A stretch of 64,000 nt of DNA from NCBI GenBank assembly GCA_020137815.1, contig CM035350.1, positions 7,068,001 through 7,132,000 on the forward strand, read 5' to 3'. How positions within the stretch are numbered: position 1 is the first letter of the stretch; each line of letters begins with the position of its first letter. Below are positions 59,322-64,000 of this stretch, piece after piece. The stretch comes from Hormiphora californensis (taxonomy: Eukaryota > Animalia > Ctenophora). A model generated the notes under the pieces. It searched no databases. It was not told the origin of the DNA and saw only the letters and a list, made by a program, of their open reading frames with translations. The translations under genes were made by a program, and so were the position numbers.

Positions 59322-59502
59322 CAGTGCTGCTTGTAGTCAAATTACCGTATTGAAAATACAGTAAGGAGACGCGCACGGTGCATAACACGCGGCAAAAAGT
59401 TCATGTGTCAGCACGTACTAGCGCCCTGATTGGTCACGGTTGCGCGTCGTCTTACTGTATCTTTCGTTTTCCATTACCGTTTTCCCACTACAAGCGACCG
59501 TG
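59322..59502. mobile_element. About 180 bp TAA-flanked MITE, copy 2 (see 18831-19011)
   Basis: Similar to copy 1 along its whole length, with the same boundaries. Confidence 0.7.
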
Positions 59503-59671
59503 TAACACATTTCATGTGAAATGAATCAGAATAGAGAGAAGCGCTGTGCATAATGGTCATCATTCCGATTCGATTCTGGGATCTGGAAACTGACGCCAGG
59601 ATCCAAATTGTAACTGGGCCCTTCCAAAAGACATGATAGCAAAAATTTAACTATGATAGCTTCCCTACTAG

Positions 59672-61285
59672 TTAACTGTTCGACTGTTCACCTGCATCAA
59701 TACTTCCCTCCTCTACACATTTCTTAATAGATCCATACGTATGCGACAGACAGTCATCGGAGGGTCCTTGTGCCAGTTCGTCCAAGTCCCGGCCGTCCCT
59801 GAGGCGTTTCCCGACTGTTTCCTCCGCATCACTCATAAAGACGATAGTGGAGCAGGCGATAATGTTGACAAGGACAAACCAGCCTATGGAATACCGAATA
59901 TTAATGGAATCATAGTAGACGGTAAGGAATACACCCGCAGCTGCACCCAGTTTTCCCAGCCCATTCTGGACTCCTATGGCCGTCCCTCGGATGTAGGTGG
60001 GGTAAAACTCGGGGGTATAAATCCACAGGACCTGGTTATAGGCTGCATAGAAGAACACGACAATAAACACTATGATGTACGTGACGATAGTATCGATACA
60101 AATGAGCATCAACAGCGTGAACGCTAATCCAGCGAATATGTTTATCTGGAGACTCACTTTCCTACCAATTTTCTCAGCAACAACGGTAGCCCCAACCATA
60201 CCGGGTAGATAGATAACAACCATTACCAGTAGGAACCAGTACTCACTGTCAGTATACACCTCACACCCCGACAGGTTGATGTACGTGCTATCAAAGAAGG
60301 TGTCCATGCCACAATAGTTATAGCTCATCATATCAGGGATTAGCATGGATATCCCGTACAACATGTACATGTTACACAGAAAGTGAAGGGTGATCTGAAT
60401 ACTGCCCCGAGTGAGGGGTGGTGCCCAAACCTCCCATAGCTCCCCACCCGTCTCCTCCACTACGTACAGGTCACCCTGGATGGGCTCAACTCCGTTCTCC
60501 CGACACATCTTGTCAAGGACCTCCTTGCCCTTCTCCTTCTTTCCAATAGTAACCAGATACCTCGGGGATTCGTCTATCCAGTGGAGGCCAACCAGGCAGA
60601 TCACCACGGGGAGTGCAGTTAGAAGTACTTGGTACCTCCACCCGTTATTCAGATTCATCACCAGGATCGCAGAGATACACTCGAAGGCACTTCCGGCTAT
60701 CCAGAAGGTATCAAGGCACAGCATGTTCCAGGCTCTGTACTGGGTGGGGATGACCTCCTGTGCGTATATCAGGGAACACCCGTAATTACCGCCGATACAA
60801 AACCCGGCTATCCCTCGAGTGACAAGGAAGAAATAGTAGGAGTTCGAAAGGGCTGACCCAATACTCGCCGCGACAAGGAAATAATTATTTATCATCAAGA
60901 CCCAAAACCGACCAAATTTATCTGCCAGGTACCCAGACGTTACACTCCCTAAGGCATAGAAAATGTAGACAACCGCTGGGATGCAAGCCTCCTCAAAGTC
61001 ACTCAAGTCCCATTCACATGTTAGGTTTTTGAGAATTATGACGGCCAGCCATATTTCAGCACAGTCTGAGAAAGACATTAGTCCCATGACAAAGAGGACT
61101 TTGTGCTGGTACCAGCCCCAACCAGACAACTCAATTGCATCATTCACATCGTATTTGTGGTTATCGAGTGCAACAGCAGATGTGGTTGGAGATGGAGATG
61201 GTTTTATTGTCTCTGTCTCGGAGTCTGCCAGCTGGGGTAACTCCTCTTCTTGTATTAAGTTAGCTTCATCCTTGTCCCCCTGCAT
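59672..61285 (-). CDS. SVOP-like MFS transporter, paralogue 6
   Basis: Intact ORF with YDVNDAIELSGWGWYQ, GYLADKFGR, DESPRYL and YTPEFYPTYIRG. The first ATG (MQGDKDE) is at 61285. Confidence 0.9.
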   Translation of the reverse strand: MQGDKDEANLIQEEELPQLADSETETIKPSPSPTTSAVALDNHKYDVNDAIELSGWGWYQHKVLFVMGLMSFSDCAEIWLAVIILKNLTCEWDLSDFEEACIPAVVYIFYALGSVTSGYLADKFGRFWVLMINNYFLVAASIGSALSNSYYFFLVTRGIAGFCIGGNYGCSLIYAQEVIPTQYRAWNMLCLDTFWIAGSAFECISAILVMNLNNGWRYQVLLTALPVVICLVGLHWIDESPRYLVTIGKKEKGKEVLDKMCRENGVEPIQGDLYVVEETGGELWEVWAPPLTRGSIQITLHFLCNMYMLYGISMLIPDMMSYNYCGMDTFFDSTYINLSGCEVYTDSEYWFLLVMVVIYLPGMVGATVVAEKIGRKVSLQINIFAGLAFTLLMLICIDTIVTYIIVFIVVFFYAAYNQVLWIYTPEFYPTYIRGTAIGVQNGLGKLGAAAGVFLTVYYDSINIRYSIGWFVLVNIIACSTIVFMSDAEETVGKRLRDGRDLDELAQGPSDDCLSHTYGSIKKCVEEGSIDAGEQSNS

Positions 61286-61656
61286 TTCACGAAGGCAGAT
61301 TGTAAACAGATTGAGAAAACAAAAGCAAGGTGTATATCGGTGGATGTAAATGCCCTCAATTGACAATGCGTGTGTGTGTAGTGAGTTGAGTTAAACTAAA
61401 CCTGTTATACACAGACGAAGAGACAAGGTTTGGGTTTTGGTAATGAACAGAAACTAAAACAATTATTGACATATTTATTATAGATACAACACACAATGAT
61501 TATCGCTCTTTCTTCTCCTTCGACGAAACAGCCGTGTAGTTTGAAAATTGTTCTTGCTCGTTCGTTCACTCAGTTCATCAGCTCTACTGAATCGTTTTAA
61601 AACTCCACTCAAACTACATCTAAAGAAATTAAACATACATTGGATGAAAAATCAGT

Positions 61657-63318
61657 TTATTCTGAGCCATACTTCGTAACCTCCGGCCCGCCGGATGTGA
61701 TTCTACTGTTCTCGCCGACCTCCCGACCATCTTGCATGACCTGCCCCTGAGTTTCTTTCTTCAGGAAGGTCACCGTAAGGCACGAGATAATTTGTACACC
61801 CACGAAACATCCAATGCAGTATGTTATGTTCACCTCCATCAGATAGGTAGTCAGGAAAGTCCCAGCAGCAGCTCCAAACTTTCCCAAACCATTCTGGACT
61901 CCGATGGCAGTTCCCCGCATATAAGTGGCATAGAACTCTGGAGTGTAGATCCACAGAACTTGGTTGTATGCCGAGTAGAAGATGACGCATGCCGCCAGTT
62001 CGACATAGGTCACATAGCTGTTGAAGCAGAAGAGGAGTAGAACAGTGCTAACTGCTCCTCCGTACACACTCACCATCATAGCTGGCTTCCTGCCAAGGCA
62101 ATCAGCCAGCCAAGTGGCAGCAAAGAACCCGGGGTAGCAGGCCAGGTTAGTGACAATAAGGAAGAGGTACTCCGCATCACTATACACGGTACAGCTCGTC
62201 TCATCCTTCCGGGTGGTCTCAAAGAACATGCTGAGGGAGCAGTAGTTGCGGCTCATCAGCTCCGGAACCATCATGGTGATCCCGAAGAAGAGGAACATGT
62301 TACAGAGGAAGTGTATGGACAGCTGGATACTACCCCAGGTGTGCGGGCTCGCCCACACATCAACCATTCCTCCACTCCGCTCCTCCCGAATGTAGAGATC
62401 TCCCTTTAGTGGCTCTACCTTGTTCTCTTTATACATCTTGGCGATGACTCTCTGAGCGTCCTCCTTCTTGTTGTTGATCACCAGATACCGGGGTGACTCA
62501 TCCAGGAAGTGCATGAAGATCAACATGATGATGATGGGAGCTACTGTGAACATCACCTGGTACCGCCATCCCTGGTGCCAGCCCATCACAAAGTAGGCCA
62601 GGGCACACTCGAATATGGCACCAAACCCAAAGACGAGCTCAAAGAAGAACATGTTGATGGACCGGTATCGAATGGGTACCATCTCTTGGATGTACACGAT
62701 AGAGCACCCGTAGTTGCCGCCGATACAGAAACCGGTTGTTGCTCGACAGATCAGAAAGATGACGTAGGATGGAGAGAGTGCCGATGCGATGGCCGAGATG
62801 ATGAGGATGTAGGAATTGATGATGAGGACCCAATACCGACCAATCTTGTCAGCCATGTATCCCGACATCATGCTTCCAAAGGCGTAGAAGAGATACACGA
62901 TGGCGGGGATAGTTGCCTTCTCGAAACTGGTGAGGTTCCACTCGCACTTTAGATTGTTAACGATAAGGGTGGCCAACCAGATCTCTGCTGCATCCGCAAA
63001 GGACATGATGGCTATCACAATTACTGCTTTGAGTTGGTAGTAACCAAAACCGGCCCTCTCAATCACATCATTCACATCGTATATTCCTGTGTTCTCATAC
63101 CCGTCCGGTGGGGGAGTGGAGGCTGGGCTCGGGTTTGGAGTGGCTGCTGGTGGTTTCTCAGGAGGATCATCTCGCACTGCTGCCTGGAGGAGGGTCGGCT
63201 GGTCCCTAGGACTCTTGTTGGATTTGTACTGCCGTGGTTTGAGACGTGTTTGCTCGGTTAGTCCGGACAGAAGGTCATCCCCGTCAGGTGGAGTCAGCCG
63301 GCGTTCCGGCTCTGCCAT
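61657..63318 (-). CDS. SVOP-like MFS transporter, paralogue 7
   Basis: Intact 553-aa ORF with YDVNDVIERAGFGYYQ, GYMADKIGR, DESPRYL and YTPEFYATYMRG. Confidence 0.9.
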   Translation of the reverse strand: MAEPERRLTPPDGDDLLSGLTEQTRLKPRQYKSNKSPRDQPTLLQAAVRDDPPEKPPAATPNPSPASTPPPDGYENTGIYDVNDVIERAGFGYYQLKAVIVIAIMSFADAAEIWLATLIVNNLKCEWNLTSFEKATIPAIVYLFYAFGSMMSGYMADKIGRYWVLIINSYILIISAIASALSPSYVIFLICRATTGFCIGGNYGCSIVYIQEMVPIRYRSINMFFFELVFGFGAIFECALAYFVMGWHQGWRYQVMFTVAPIIIMLIFMHFLDESPRYLVINNKKEDAQRVIAKMYKENKVEPLKGDLYIREERSGGMVDVWASPHTWGSIQLSIHFLCNMFLFFGITMMVPELMSRNYCSLSMFFETTRKDETSCTVYSDAEYLFLIVTNLACYPGFFAATWLADCLGRKPAMMVSVYGGAVSTVLLLFCFNSYVTYVELAACVIFYSAYNQVLWIYTPEFYATYMRGTAIGVQNGLGKFGAAAGTFLTTYLMEVNITYCIGCFVGVQIISCLTVTFLKKETQGQVMQDGREVGENSRITSGGPEVTKYGSE

Positions 63319-64000
63319 CCTCCGGGGAAAACGCTAAAACGAGAGAGGTATATTAGGAGGAAATATATTAGGAGGAAATATCAATCAAGGGGTATATTAG
63401 GAGGAATAACAACGCTAAGCCTAAAACCAGAAGAGTGGGAAGTTTAGGATTAGGAAATACCAACACTAAATCAAGAAGGTTTAGGGGGAAATAACAACAA
63501 CAATAATTATCAAATAGAAGCTGTTTTACAGCTTAGGACAGTCATGAAACATCGTATTACACAACTCCAGAGCTGGCTGACCTGTTCTGTATCACTTGAT
63601 GGTATTGAATGTGGCACGCTGCAGCTATACACACACACTATAATGGGTGAGCGAATTGTAAGAGGATGCCCCCACCATCTTTACACACGTGGAGTGTGTG
63701 CAATTTGGGCAATTATCTTGGGGTAACCGGCCCCTTCACAAAAGATGCAGCCCCTTTGCTTCCCGGTGCAATTGCTAGTAGGTGTGGGGCCGATAATTAT
63801 CATGTCCAGATATCACGAAATAATGAAGGAGAGATAGTGTGGAAATCATCACGAAATAATGAATAGGAGAGAGCGGGGACCACATAATCGGTTCATTATA
63901 ATCGGGCAATTATAATTAACTAATTCGCTACTAAGAAGAGTGTGAGAGAAAGAGAGAGGAATTCACACTTAGCAGAAATCTTAGAATTTCAATAAACGAT

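Overview
This is animal genomic DNA: it has spliceosomal introns, (GA)n microsatellites, many MITEs and very compact gene spacing. The taxon cannot be fixed from the sequence, but it looks like a compact marine-invertebrate, possibly ctenophore-like, genome. From left to right it holds: the 3' exons of a RIM-binding-protein-like SH3 gene; an intron-containing, apparently domesticated hAT-transposase gene on the minus strand; a transposon-rich interval with nested MITEs and a (CAA)n-tailed retroposon whose 5' end resembles an HDV-like ribozyme; and a testican/SPOCK-like gene (Kazal, EF-hand and thyroglobulin domains). Next is a tightly packed plus-strand run of three mu-like GSTs, GDPD1/3, UBA3 and ATP synthase F6 that looks like a trans-spliced operon. 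The window ends with a tandem array of seven intronless SVOP-like MFS transporters. The main highlights are: (1) a full-length CR1-group LINE inserted in the GDPD coding sequence, whose ORF1 fuses an intact AlkB-type 2OG-Fe(II) dioxygenase to an SGNH esterase, and whose ORF2 has a hydrophobic leader ending in a 2A-like NPGP; (2) an ATP synthase F6 homologue carrying an in-frame (EAAAA)n tract of about 400 residues; (3) the operon-like arrangement. Parts of the assembly look error-prone (about 7.3-7.7 kb, about 9.3-12 kb, and indels in UBA3). All family assignments come from motif recognition by eye, not database searches.
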